In this document: in pieces, positions 48,571-57,474 of the stretch | Numbering within the stretch: the stretch's first letter is position 1 | How the letters are laid out: each line of letters opens with the position of its first letter | From: Turneriella sp. | GTDB lineage: Bacteria > Spirochaetota > Leptospiria > Turneriellales > Turneriellaceae | Assembly (NCBI GenBank): GCA_965279515.1 | Contig: CBDIID010000003.1 | Coordinates: 32,001-96,000 of the forward strand | DNA: 64,000 nt | Reading direction: 5' to 3' | The notes under the pieces: generated by a model | The model's database searches: none | The model's input: only the letters and a program-made list of their open reading frames with translations | What the model was told of the DNA's origin: nothing | Program-made: the position numbers and the translations under genes

Positions 48571-48611
48571 CCTCACCCCCCAACCCCCTCTCCTATAAGG
48601 AGAGGGGGAGT
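48571..48611. repeat. REP-like hairpin CCTCACCCCCCAACCCCCTCTCC-N-GGAGAGGGGGAG
   Basis: CCCCCTCTCC/GGAGAGGGGG stem directly after the ahcY stop. Resembles a widespread REP family. Confidence 0.6.
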
Positions 48612-48641
48612 AAAAATCCTCCGTAAAGGGGGATTTTTTTT
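48612..48641 (+). terminator. Rho-independent terminator
   Basis: AAAATCCTCC-gtaaa-GGGGGATTTT followed by a T-run. Confidence 0.65.
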
Positions 48642-48660
48642 ATCCTGAGCAAAAGATAAT

Positions 48661-48923
48661 ATGCCAAACCCGAACATAGAATCATTTATCGAAAAGGTGA
48701 AAGCCCAAGCCGACGCAGATGCGGATATCTTCGCCATCGCCGCTGCGGGTTCTGCCACCACTGGCGAGACTGACGAATATTCCGATCTCGATCTGGTGAT
48801 TGTCACTGCTTCGCCCATAGCCCCCGACCGCGCAAAGCGACTGGGACAACTTCACTCAAGACGAATACTACTGCCGAATTCGCAGCATTGGATTATTTAG
48901 ATAAAATAAGGAACTTACCATGA
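48661..48923 (+). pseudogene. Internally deleted nucleotidyltransferase gene (Pol-beta superfamily)
   Basis: The GS......DEYSDLDL motif is followed by a frame break near 48840. Another frame gives ...TAEFAALDYLDKIRNLP* with a stop overlapping the add start (ATGA). Confidence 0.65.
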
Positions 48924-49939
48924 TGACCGATACGGAATTTTTTACGGAAATGCCCAAGGTGGAACTCCACGTACACATCGAAGGCGCGCTGAAGCCCGAC
49001 GACTATTTTGACCTCGCGGAAAAGAATAATGTCGCATTGCCGGTTTCAACCCGCGAAGCGTGGCGTGACTTCTATAAATTCCGCAATTTCGATCACTTTA
49101 TCCAGGTCTATACCACCTCGGCGGGGCTTCTGCGCAGTGCCACCGATTATAAATTCATTGTCGAGCGCTTCTTTGCGCTGCAGGCATCGCAGAACATCTG
49201 CTATAGTGAAGCCTTCATGAGCGCGGCATTTATGCACACTAAAGACGATGCCGAAGCCCTGTACGATGCGCTGGGCGAAGCACTGGCTGCCGGCCGCGAA
49301 AAATACGGCATCGAAGTGCGCCTGATCCCGGATTTTTCGCGCGAGATACCTGAAGTGCAGAATGCCGTCGCCGATTTTATTTCCGGTGGCGCGAAACGCG
49401 GCGTTTTTATCGGCGCGGGGCTCGGCGGCGTCGAACAGGATTTTCCCGCGGCGCTGTTTAAGAATAATTTTGACCGGCTACGCGCCGAAGGTCTGCATAT
49501 ACCGATCCATGCGGGCGAGGCCGCCGATGCGTGGAGTGTTAAAGACGCGGTGGAAATCCTCAAGGCCGAACGTATCGGCCATGGCCTGAATCTCATGCAA
49601 GATGCTGAGCTCATCCGTTATTTCCGCGAAAAAAAACTTCCCGTCGAAATATCGCCCAGCAGCAACTACTGCCTGAACGTCGTTCCGCGCAACGAGCCGC
49701 ACCCGATCCGCAAGATGGTCGATGCGGGCGTCAATTGCCTGGTGAATTCTGATGATCCCGGTATGTTCAATACCTCGCTGACGGCGGAATACGGACTTTT
49801 AGCGGGGCAGGGGTTTTCGCGCGAAGAACTGTGGAAAATGAATTGCGCAGCGATAGATGCCAGCTTTCAAAGCCCTGAAGAAAAACAAAAGCTCAGTGCG
49901 CAGTTCGCCGCGTGGCGGAAATCCTCAGAGCCTATGTAA
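48920..49939 (+). CDS. add: Adenosine/adenine deaminase
   Basis: MPKVELHVHIEG, IHAGE, ERIGHG, E.SPSSN, VNSDDP.MF. Confidence 0.92.
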   Translation: MMTDTEFFTEMPKVELHVHIEGALKPDDYFDLAEKNNVALPVSTREAWRDFYKFRNFDHFIQVYTTSAGLLRSATDYKFIVERFFALQASQNICYSEAFMSAAFMHTKDDAEALYDALGEALAAGREKYGIEVRLIPDFSREIPEVQNAVADFISGGAKRGVFIGAGLGGVEQDFPAALFKNNFDRLRAEGLHIPIHAGEAADAWSVKDAVEILKAERIGHGLNLMQDAELIRYFREKKLPVEISPSSNYCLNVVPRNEPHPIRKMVDAGVNCLVNSDDPGMFNTSLTAEYGLLAGQGFSREELWKMNCAAIDASFQSPEEKQKLSAQFAAWRKSSEPM

Positions 49940-49957
49940 CAAGCCAGGAGCGCATGC

Positions 49958-50689
49958 TCAGAAGTGTAGGGCGATGGCAAGGCCCGGCCGGATAAAATAC
50001 TGAGCCGCGGAGATGTTTTCTGCTGTCAAAAGATTGGGGCTGCGCACCTTCGCATAGAGCCACGCGCCTTCAGTGAAAAGCTGCACGCTCAGCCCCGAAT
50101 GGACTTTGAAATCGACGCCGATCATGGCACTCGTGAGCCATCCCCATTCGCTGTATTTGTGATAACGGGAATCTGCCGCCGAGAGTGTGCCGCTGCTGAC
50201 GCTCAGTACATATTCCAGTGCGCCGAAGCCGTAGGCGGGTCCGGTGCCCAATTCGGTAAAAAACCAGTCCGAAACCCAGGTCTTCCGCAACCTGAACTGC
50301 AGCGGAATCCAACCCAGGCCCATGCGGTAGTTGCCGCTGCTGAAAGTATAGCTGCCACCGGCCTCGGCATTTTTGCGCACGATGAAATCCTGCGTCACCG
50401 CCGAGCTGCCGGTCAGCAAGGCGCGGCTTGTGAAAGCGGAATAGAGATGTAGCGAAATCCCCAGCCCCCAGCTGCCCTGCGTGCGGTAAAAACGCCCGCC
50501 ATAATCGGTGAAATCGTAGTTGATGGTTTCGCTGTTATAAGTTGACGCAAGGCCCGAAGGTAGGTACCTTTGCCCCAGTGAATAAGCCCCTTCGACGGTT
50601 AACAGATACCCGGGCTCGGCAGCAAATAGGGCGGATGCCCCCAGCAGGTAGATGAAAATTCGATTTATGCCGCGTCTGAGATTTTGCAT
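49958..50689 (-). CDS. Probable outer-membrane beta-barrel protein
   Basis: Signal peptide, alternating aromatic strands and C-terminal ALHF. Confidence 0.65.
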   Translation of the reverse strand: MQNLRRGINRIFIYLLGASALFAAEPGYLLTVEGAYSLGQRYLPSGLASTYNSETINYDFTDYGGRFYRTQGSWGLGISLHLYSAFTSRALLTGSSAVTQDFIVRKNAEAGGSYTFSSGNYRMGLGWIPLQFRLRKTWVSDWFFTELGTGPAYGFGALEYVLSVSSGTLSAADSRYHKYSEWGWLTSAMIGVDFKVHSGLSVQLFTEGAWLYAKVRSPNLLTAENISAAQYFIRPGLAIALHF

Positions 50690-50698
50690 TGAGGCCCT

Positions 50699-51271
50699 AT
50701 GAGATTCGCCCGCGCCATATGTGTAACGGCCACCGCGCTGGCAATTTTATTGCCCGCAGCCGTTTTCGCGCAGAGTGCGCACAGCCGGCTCACTGACCCG
50801 ACGCTGCTCAAGCGTTTTGACACGCTTTCGCATAAGCTCATGTGTACCTGTGGCTGCAATATGCCGCTCAGAAACTGTAACCATACAGGCCACTGCAATG
50901 CCTGGCCGGCGCGCGATGCTCTCGACAAGCTGCTGCTGGCGGGCGTCAGCGATGACAAAATCATCGACGGCTTTAAAAATGGCTTTGGCCCCGACGCTGA
51001 AAAGGCCGAAGCCTTTGCGATGGCGAAACAGAACGACTACGCGTATATGATGGTGCAGTTCAAAAATGGTTTTGGCGCACAGATCATGAGCATTCCCGAA
51101 AGCAATTATCTGGGTACGTTTGCGGTCTTGGGCGGTATTCTCTGCGCCGGCATTATGGCGCTGTTTATCCGCAGCCGCAGCAAGCGTCCCAAGACAGCAG
51201 AAAAGCTGGCGCTGCTCGATGACAAGCGGCGCGAAGAGCTTCTGCGCAAGCTGTCATCCGATCACAATTAA
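50699..51271 (+). CDS. ccmH: Cytochrome c biogenesis protein CcmH-like
   Basis: Signal peptide, LMCTCGC...L..C.H...C, G.SDD.II..F, FG....P and a C-terminal TM helix. Confidence 0.7.
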   Translation: MRFARAICVTATALAILLPAAVFAQSAHSRLTDPTLLKRFDTLSHKLMCTCGCNMPLRNCNHTGHCNAWPARDALDKLLLAGVSDDKIIDGFKNGFGPDAEKAEAFAMAKQNDYAYMMVQFKNGFGAQIMSIPESNYLGTFAVLGGILCAGIMALFIRSRSKRPKTAEKLALLDDKRREELLRKLSSDHN

Positions 51272-51367
51272 CTTCAGCCTGGGCAACCGGCCAGTATGGA
51301 AATTAAATTGACCCAATAGGCACGTGCGGGCGTCCAATATCGTACATCCTTTATAGGAGAACTCAAC

Positions 51368-51781
51368 ATGAAGAATAGACTCACAAGTATCATCATCATT
51401 GCTGCCCTGGCCTCTTTCACCGGTGCCAGCTATGCCAAATCGTCGATGCGTGCCCCGGAGCCGGCGCCTGATCCGACAAAAAAGAAAACCGGCGAAGAGT
51501 GCAAAACTGCGGATGAATGCCAGGCGCACCATTCCTGCAGCAAAGCCGGTGAAAAGAATGTCTGCACGGCGCACCCGCGCCCCAAAATGAAGCCCGGGGT
51601 CGTGACTATGCAAATGGGCAGCCAGGCTATCGAGCCGTTTGACCCGAAAAAAAAGAAAGCTGGTGAAGAGTGCAAAGTTTCTGACGAATGCCAGAAGCAC
51701 CACGAGTGCAAAAAAGACGGCGACAAAGGTGTCTGCACAGCGCCTCCGGCTCCAAAACTGCCGCCCGGTGTCGTGACCTGA
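51368..51781 (+). CDS. Secreted Cys/His-rich protein with two 46-aa repeats
   Basis: AGGAG SD, signal peptide ending ASYA, and 2 x DP.KKK.GEECK..DECQ.HH.C.K.G.K.VCTA.P.PK..PGVVT. Confidence 0.85.
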   Translation: MKNRLTSIIIIAALASFTGASYAKSSMRAPEPAPDPTKKKTGEECKTADECQAHHSCSKAGEKNVCTAHPRPKMKPGVVTMQMGSQAIEPFDPKKKKAGEECKVSDECQKHHECKKDGDKGVCTAPPAPKLPPGVVT

Positions 51782-51787
51782 TTTGAT

Positions 51788-52825
51788 ATGGTAGCGGCCT
51801 GGCTCAAAGATTCCCGCTTTGACCTGGCTTTCATCGTCGGCATTGCCCTGCTCGCCGGCGTGATGGCCGGCGTCACGGTATTCTGGCCGCTGCTGTTTTT
51901 GCCGATGCTCACGGTGCATAGCTGGCTCTTTGGCTACGAGCATCTTTGGGCCACATATACAAAACTTCTCGGGCATCCCGACGACCGCGCACGCTTTCGC
52001 GGCTTGATTCTCTACGTACCTCCGTTCGTGCTGCTGGGGCTCTTTGTTATTGGAAATACCTTTGGGTTGAAGGGGCTCTACGTGCTGTATTTTATCGGGC
52101 AGTTTTTCCACACCGTCCGGCAAAGCTGGGGCCTTGCACAACAATACCGCCGGCAGGCAGGCGGATTACCCTGGGATTCTACACGTTTATCTGAAATAAC
52201 GCTCTGGTCCGTTCCGCTGTGGGGTTTACTCTACCGCTGTTCACAGCGCCCCGATGAATTTCTTTTTCAGGATTTTTGGCTGCCGCCTGTGCCGCGCATT
52301 GCCGTTCATATTATGGGCGCCGTCGCAGTCATGCTGTGGCTTGTCTGGATCTATTCACGCGTGGCAGCCTATCGCCGCGGGGAATTGGCGCTGGGGCACA
52401 CGCTTTACATGATTTCGCATCTGGCAATCTACCTGGGCGGCTATCTGGTGATAGATGAATTATGCTCTGGCTGGTTGCTCGTCAATGTTTGGCATAATGT
52501 GCAGTACATCGCCTTCGTCTGGATCTACAATCGCCGCCGTTTTGCGACGGGAATTGATCCGCGCACCCGCATGCTCTCCTGGCTTTCGCAGAGTGGCTAC
52601 CGCCGCTTCTTCTTATATGCTCTCGCAACGGTGGCACTTGCCTTACCGGTTTATTATTTGCTGCCGCAGTTAGGCCTAACTCTCGATGAACTTCTGAAAA
52701 ACACGGCTGTACCGACGGCCATTACCTTAGGCCTGACCTTAACTTTTCACCATTATATCGCCGATGGCATCATCTGGAAGAGGCGGAACAATCCGCATTT
52801 GGGTGAAATATTTCACCCCACTTGA
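51788..52825 (+). CDS. Polytopic membrane protein with His boxes (putative metal-dependent enzyme)
   Basis: EHLWATY, FHTVRQSWG, WHNVQY and HHYIADG.IW across 9-10 TM helices. Confidence 0.75.
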   Translation: MVAAWLKDSRFDLAFIVGIALLAGVMAGVTVFWPLLFLPMLTVHSWLFGYEHLWATYTKLLGHPDDRARFRGLILYVPPFVLLGLFVIGNTFGLKGLYVLYFIGQFFHTVRQSWGLAQQYRRQAGGLPWDSTRLSEITLWSVPLWGLLYRCSQRPDEFLFQDFWLPPVPRIAVHIMGAVAVMLWLVWIYSRVAAYRRGELALGHTLYMISHLAIYLGGYLVIDELCSGWLLVNVWHNVQYIAFVWIYNRRRFATGIDPRTRMLSWLSQSGYRRFFLYALATVALALPVYYLLPQLGLTLDELLKNTAVPTAITLGLTLTFHHYIADGIIWKRRNNPHLGEIFHPT

Positions 52826-53656
52826 CTAATTTGGAAAGAAGATCGCCTGCGGGCGATAAATCCAGAACTCTCCCTCGGTAAGATTGCCGAGATTTAACTC
52901 GCTGGTAATGACAAAACGTTGGCCGCCGATATTCTGATGTGCCAGTTTATAATGCAAGGTGCCCAGGACTTCATAGATCACGGCGGTATGGTCAGGCGCC
53001 CCGAGCGTTTCCGTTCTTGTAACCCCATTGGGAAGCTTGCCGACAACTTTCACCGAACGAAATTGAATGATATCACCCGGAAGAACTTTCTCGGTCTTGG
53101 GATTAACCAACTTTCCGAAATCGAGGGGACGCTGCCAATCTGCGCCATTCAAATCCAATGCCTCAGCCGCAAGATCCCAGCATTCCCCAGCCCCCACAGG
53201 CTTGCCCAGCTTACTGTGGGCAAAAGCCAGCACTTTAGAATTCAGGCCCAGACCGGGAAGATTTGCGGGAACATTTTCCGTTACTTGAATAGCGGGGATG
53301 AAACCAATTCCGCCAAAACGCAATGAACCCGGCTTTGTGTCCCCATAGACCACGAGTTTATACGGCGCCGGACCTTCTTTGAACAAAAAAATGACATTAA
53401 ACTTACCGTCTTCAGCAACCGGAATGCGCGTCATTTTTTTGGCGCCACCTTCTTTGGCAAATTCGAAAACAAGGGTTTTCATCGATGTTTCACCGGAAAA
53501 TGTGGCCGAATATTTTACGACGCCAGGTACCGGGTTCAGACTGAAAGCGGATTTTCCTCCCGGATAATACTGGAAATCCGCATCGGGCTCTTTTGCCGAA
53601 AGTGTCAGGGCGAACAGGATCCCCAACGCAAGCAAGATTGTCTTCTTTGGCTTCAT
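52826..53656 (-). CDS. Exported papain-like/CHAP-like cysteine hydrolase domain protein
   Basis: Signal peptide, GKPVGAGECWDLA, PGDIIQF, PDHTAVI, HQN. Confidence 0.7.
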   Translation of the reverse strand: MKPKKTILLALGILFALTLSAKEPDADFQYYPGGKSAFSLNPVPGVVKYSATFSGETSMKTLVFEFAKEGGAKKMTRIPVAEDGKFNVIFLFKEGPAPYKLVVYGDTKPGSLRFGGIGFIPAIQVTENVPANLPGLGLNSKVLAFAHSKLGKPVGAGECWDLAAEALDLNGADWQRPLDFGKLVNPKTEKVLPGDIIQFRSVKVVGKLPNGVTRTETLGAPDHTAVIYEVLGTLHYKLAHQNIGGQRFVITSELNLGNLTEGEFWIYRPQAIFFPN

Positions 53657-54237
53657 AGCGTTTAGGATAAGCCAATGTTTTCGAGCTTACGTCAATGAAT
53701 AAAAAGACAGAATTGTCATAAAAGCACACTGTGAATTATTTATTAACATGAGTGCGTGATTTTGAAAGCGGCTGAGTGGGCATGTTTGAAAAGGCAAATA
53801 CCGCGCCATCAATGCGTCCGTAGCGTCACCCGGAGGAGTACCAAACAAAGGCCCCGTTTGCGCGACGGGGGAATCTTAGGTGCGCAGCTTGTAAATATTA
53901 TTATCTGGAGTAATGGCGCCTGTGCGCGCGGTTATCTGCTTAATTGTTATTACTTTTCGTTTTGCCTCCCTAAAACCTGCCTTTTCGGCAGAGAGATCTA
54001 TAGTGCTTTAAATGATGGTGAGCAGCAATTTATCATATACTAAATGTCGTCAAAATTAGGTGTATTTCTTTTTTGATGCCCGAACTGCGTACGTCAGACG
54101 CGTACGTATTGACAGGCTATCGTCGATTGCTTCCTTGTGCGCTGCGTCATGTCGCTCGCAGCATATGCAGTTTTTTGCATACAGATGGAAAGAATCCCGG
54201 TATTCTTTATTAATAGATGTCAATTTTTGTGAAGATT

Positions 54238-57200
54238 ATGGCTGTAAAGAAACGTGGTGTTAAAATTATCGGGCGCAATTGTCGCTCGCCCCTTTTCTTT
54301 TGCATTCTGGCTTTCGTCTCCTTGTGGTCGCCAGCCTGCACCGGCAGAGCAACCATCGAAATTCTTCGTACAGAAATTTCCGTGAATTCGGTCATTGTCG
54401 CTAACGGTAGCGAAGTGCGCCTCGGTAGCACGGTTGTCGGTCAGACGCTGGTGAGAAGCATTGTCGTTAAAAACCTGTCAGAGGCAGATTTACCGCTCAG
54501 TGTTACGAATTCGAATGCCGGGCTATGCTCACTTTCCGGGGGGAATACCCGCGTAGCGCGCGGTGACTCGGTTGCGTTGACCCTATCTTGTGCGCCGGCA
54601 AGTGCGGGCACGGCTTCCGGGATTCTCGAGTTTAGTTTTGCTGATAAGCTTGCCGCGGTTTTCGTGAAATACCAGCTCGATGTTACGCCTTCACCGGTAC
54701 CCGAAATCCGCGTGCGCGTCGGCGGCAGCGAACTGCCCACTAACAGCAGCTATAATGTCGGTAATATTCTTGAATCCGCAAATTCGGTCGTTACTTTTAC
54801 CATCGACAATTTAGGAATGTTGCCCCTGCAGCTTACGGCTGTGCCCGCTGTTGCAGTTTCGGGAACGCATGCAGCAAATTTTCCCGCGGGAAACCCTTCG
54901 CTAACTGTTCCCGCAGGCGGCAGCACAACTTTCGACATCACCTTTTCACCGGGATCGCCGGGCGTGAAGGCGGCGGCGATTACGATCGCTAATAATGATC
55001 CGGATGAATCGGGTTATGTCATTAATTTAACAGGAACGGGTGTTGCCATTGTGCCGGAAATCCAAGTAACGATGGGCGCTACCAACTATAATCACGGCTC
55101 AACTTACACGTTCGCCAGCACAACGCAGGGCAGCACCGCAAGCGCAATATTTGAAATACGCAACCAGGGAACCGCAAACTTGGTTTTAAGCGGCACGCCG
55201 CGCGTTGCGATAACCGGCGCCGATGCCGGTTATTTTAGTGTGCTCACGCAACCCGGCGGGATTATTTTGCCAGGGGCCAACAGCACTTTCTCTGTGCAAT
55301 TCAACCCGATTACCACTGGAGGGAAAACAGCAACGCTTGTCATCGCTAACAACGATGCGGATGAAAGTTCCTATACTATCACTCTTTCCGGGAGTGTGAA
55401 TGCACCGAATATCGTGGTTGAGCGTAACAGTGTGGTACTGCAATCTGGGATCAGCGCCTGTGACTTGGGCTTGACGGTTGCAGGCGCTGGCTCAACTTCC
55501 GATACGATTACGATCCGCAACACAGGCAACCAGGCCCTTTCTCTTGGCAGTGCATCCTTTACCGGCCCGGACGCTGCAGAATTTGGCATATTTGCCTACA
55601 CCACATCGTTGGCTGCCGGCACTTCTATTTCTGCCACTTTTTATGTAAATGCCAGTACCATGGGAAATAAAACGGCAACGCTGGTCATCCCATCGGGAGA
55701 CTACGATACACCTTCTTTTTACATTACGGTTACCGCCATGGCTGGCCTCTGGACCCGGAAAAGATCGAATAGCGTTGAATGGTTAAAGAGGCAGACTTTT
55801 TCTGTGGCGAATACGGGAACAGAAATCTACGTTATCGCCGGTTATGATCCCAACTATAATGCGATAAATCACATACACAAATCGACAAACGGTACCGTAT
55901 GGCAGCCTGTGTCGCAGACTTCCGCTTTGCCTGTAGCCAGCGGCGGCGTGGGAGTCTGGTTTGCGGGTAAATTATTTCACTACGGCGGCAATGGCACTTC
56001 GAGTCTCGTCAACCTGGGTGCCTACCGGAGCACCGATATGGGTGTCACTTGGACAAAATATGATACTTCTTCATGGCTGCATCAAACCAGCATGGCGTCT
56101 GTAATCCATAATGGAAATCTCTTCCTCCTTGGTGGGCGCATTGTTGCATCCAATTCGGTGCATGGCCAGATTCGCAGCTCGGCGGACGGAGAAAATTGGA
56201 CGCTATTGTCTTCAACAGGTTGGCCTGGCGCATCAGACAGCGGCGCGGTAAGTTTTGGTGGAAAAATCTGGTTGATAGGGGGCTTTGACGCAGGCGGCGG
56301 TACCACGGCTAACATCCATTCTTCAACGGATGGCATTACCTGGACTCATGTCACCGGCAGTGCACCTTTTGGTCAATATTTTGGTAATCAGCTCGCGGTT
56401 CACGCCGGAAAAATCTGGCTAGTATCTAGTGGCAATACTTCTGAAGTCTGGAGTTCCGCCGACGGCTCGGCTTGGACCAAGCAAGTTGCCGCGCCTCCAT
56501 GGGGAAAACGCTACAGCGGAACGCTCGTCAGTATGGGCGGGAAGCTATATCTTATTGCAGGAGTCGGCCCCCAAGGCACGACAGATGAAGTCTATTCATC
56601 CAGCGACGGAATAAACTGGACGAATGAAAATGCCAGAGGGCAGATCTGGCGCGGCCGTTGGTCGCACCAGGTTGTCAAATTAGGTAGTAAATTGTTGCTC
56701 ATGGGTGGCACGGATGGTCAGGGCCATCGTAAGGACGTTTGGGAGTCTACAAACGGCGTCGATTGGACGAAAAATCCCGATGCGCCTTGGAGTGAACGAA
56801 TTGGATTACGATCGATCGTCGTCGGTTCAGAGGCTTTTGTGATCGGCGGAGGCACCAGCTCCGGCTCGAACCTGCTAAAAAACGATGTCTGGAAAACCAC
56901 AGACGGCAATACGTGGACGCAAGTCACTGCCAATGCAGGCTGGGGCCGGCGATATTACCATGGCTTACAGCACTTTGGCGGAAAATTCCATGTATTCTCG
57001 GGTACAAATGAAAGCAATGGACGTTATTGCGATGCATGGTCTTCTAGCGATGCCCTGACCTGGTCTCAGGCTGCAACTTCTGCCCCCTGCGCTGAAGGTG
57101 CAGCTGTCCTGCAATTCCTGGGCAAGATCTGGAGTTATTCCGGCTGGAACGGCTTTTACATAAATTCGAATCAATCGACGACTGATGGTATGACCTGGAC

Positions 57201-57474
57201 CTCTAACACAGCGGTATCATGGACTGCAAGGGTCGGCGCCTCAGCTTTTTCGTATAAAGGATATGCGCTTGTTATGCTTGGTTCCAATAGCTCTTATTTA
57301 ACGTCTACGATGTATTCAAGCGACGGCGTTAACTGGGCATATCTGGGGGTGCCGGCAGCACTGGCTGGTCGGGATTACCAGCAGATGCTACTCTTCAATG
57401 ACGGCTCGGGCGATAAGATGTGGATGTTTGGCGGTGCTTATTACAATGATATCTGGACCTTTGAACTACCATAG
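54238..57474 (+). CDS. Large surface protein: ASH/choice-of-anchor-D Ig domains plus kelch-like beta-propellers
   Basis: Repeated PEI.V...I.N.G...L.L...IANND.DE..Y.I.L.G units, followed by many GK.W..GG...VW.S.DG..W repeats. Start uncertain. Confidence 0.85.
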   Translation: MAVKKRGVKIIGRNCRSPLFFCILAFVSLWSPACTGRATIEILRTEISVNSVIVANGSEVRLGSTVVGQTLVRSIVVKNLSEADLPLSVTNSNAGLCSLSGGNTRVARGDSVALTLSCAPASAGTASGILEFSFADKLAAVFVKYQLDVTPSPVPEIRVRVGGSELPTNSSYNVGNILESANSVVTFTIDNLGMLPLQLTAVPAVAVSGTHAANFPAGNPSLTVPAGGSTTFDITFSPGSPGVKAAAITIANNDPDESGYVINLTGTGVAIVPEIQVTMGATNYNHGSTYTFASTTQGSTASAIFEIRNQGTANLVLSGTPRVAITGADAGYFSVLTQPGGIILPGANSTFSVQFNPITTGGKTATLVIANNDADESSYTITLSGSVNAPNIVVERNSVVLQSGISACDLGLTVAGAGSTSDTITIRNTGNQALSLGSASFTGPDAAEFGIFAYTTSLAAGTSISATFYVNASTMGNKTATLVIPSGDYDTPSFYITVTAMAGLWTRKRSNSVEWLKRQTFSVANTGTEIYVIAGYDPNYNAINHIHKSTNGTVWQPVSQTSALPVASGGVGVWFAGKLFHYGGNGTSSLVNLGAYRSTDMGVTWTKYDTSSWLHQTSMASVIHNGNLFLLGGRIVASNSVHGQIRSSADGENWTLLSSTGWPGASDSGAVSFGGKIWLIGGFDAGGGTTANIHSSTDGITWTHVTGSAPFGQYFGNQLAVHAGKIWLVSSGNTSEVWSSADGSAWTKQVAAPPWGKRYSGTLVSMGGKLYLIAGVGPQGTTDEVYSSSDGINWTNENARGQIWRGRWSHQVVKLGSKLLLMGGTDGQGHRKDVWESTNGVDWTKNPDAPWSERIGLRSIVVGSEAFVIGGGTSSGSNLLKNDVWKTTDGNTWTQVTANAGWGRRYYHGLQHFGGKFHVFSGTNESNGRYCDAWSSSDALTWSQAATSAPCAEGAAVLQFLGKIWSYSGWNGFYINSNQSTTDGMTWTSNTAVSWTARVGASAFSYKGYALVMLGSNSSYLTSTMYSSDGVNWAYLGVPAALAGRDYQQMLLFNDGSGDKMWMFGGAYYNDIWTFELP

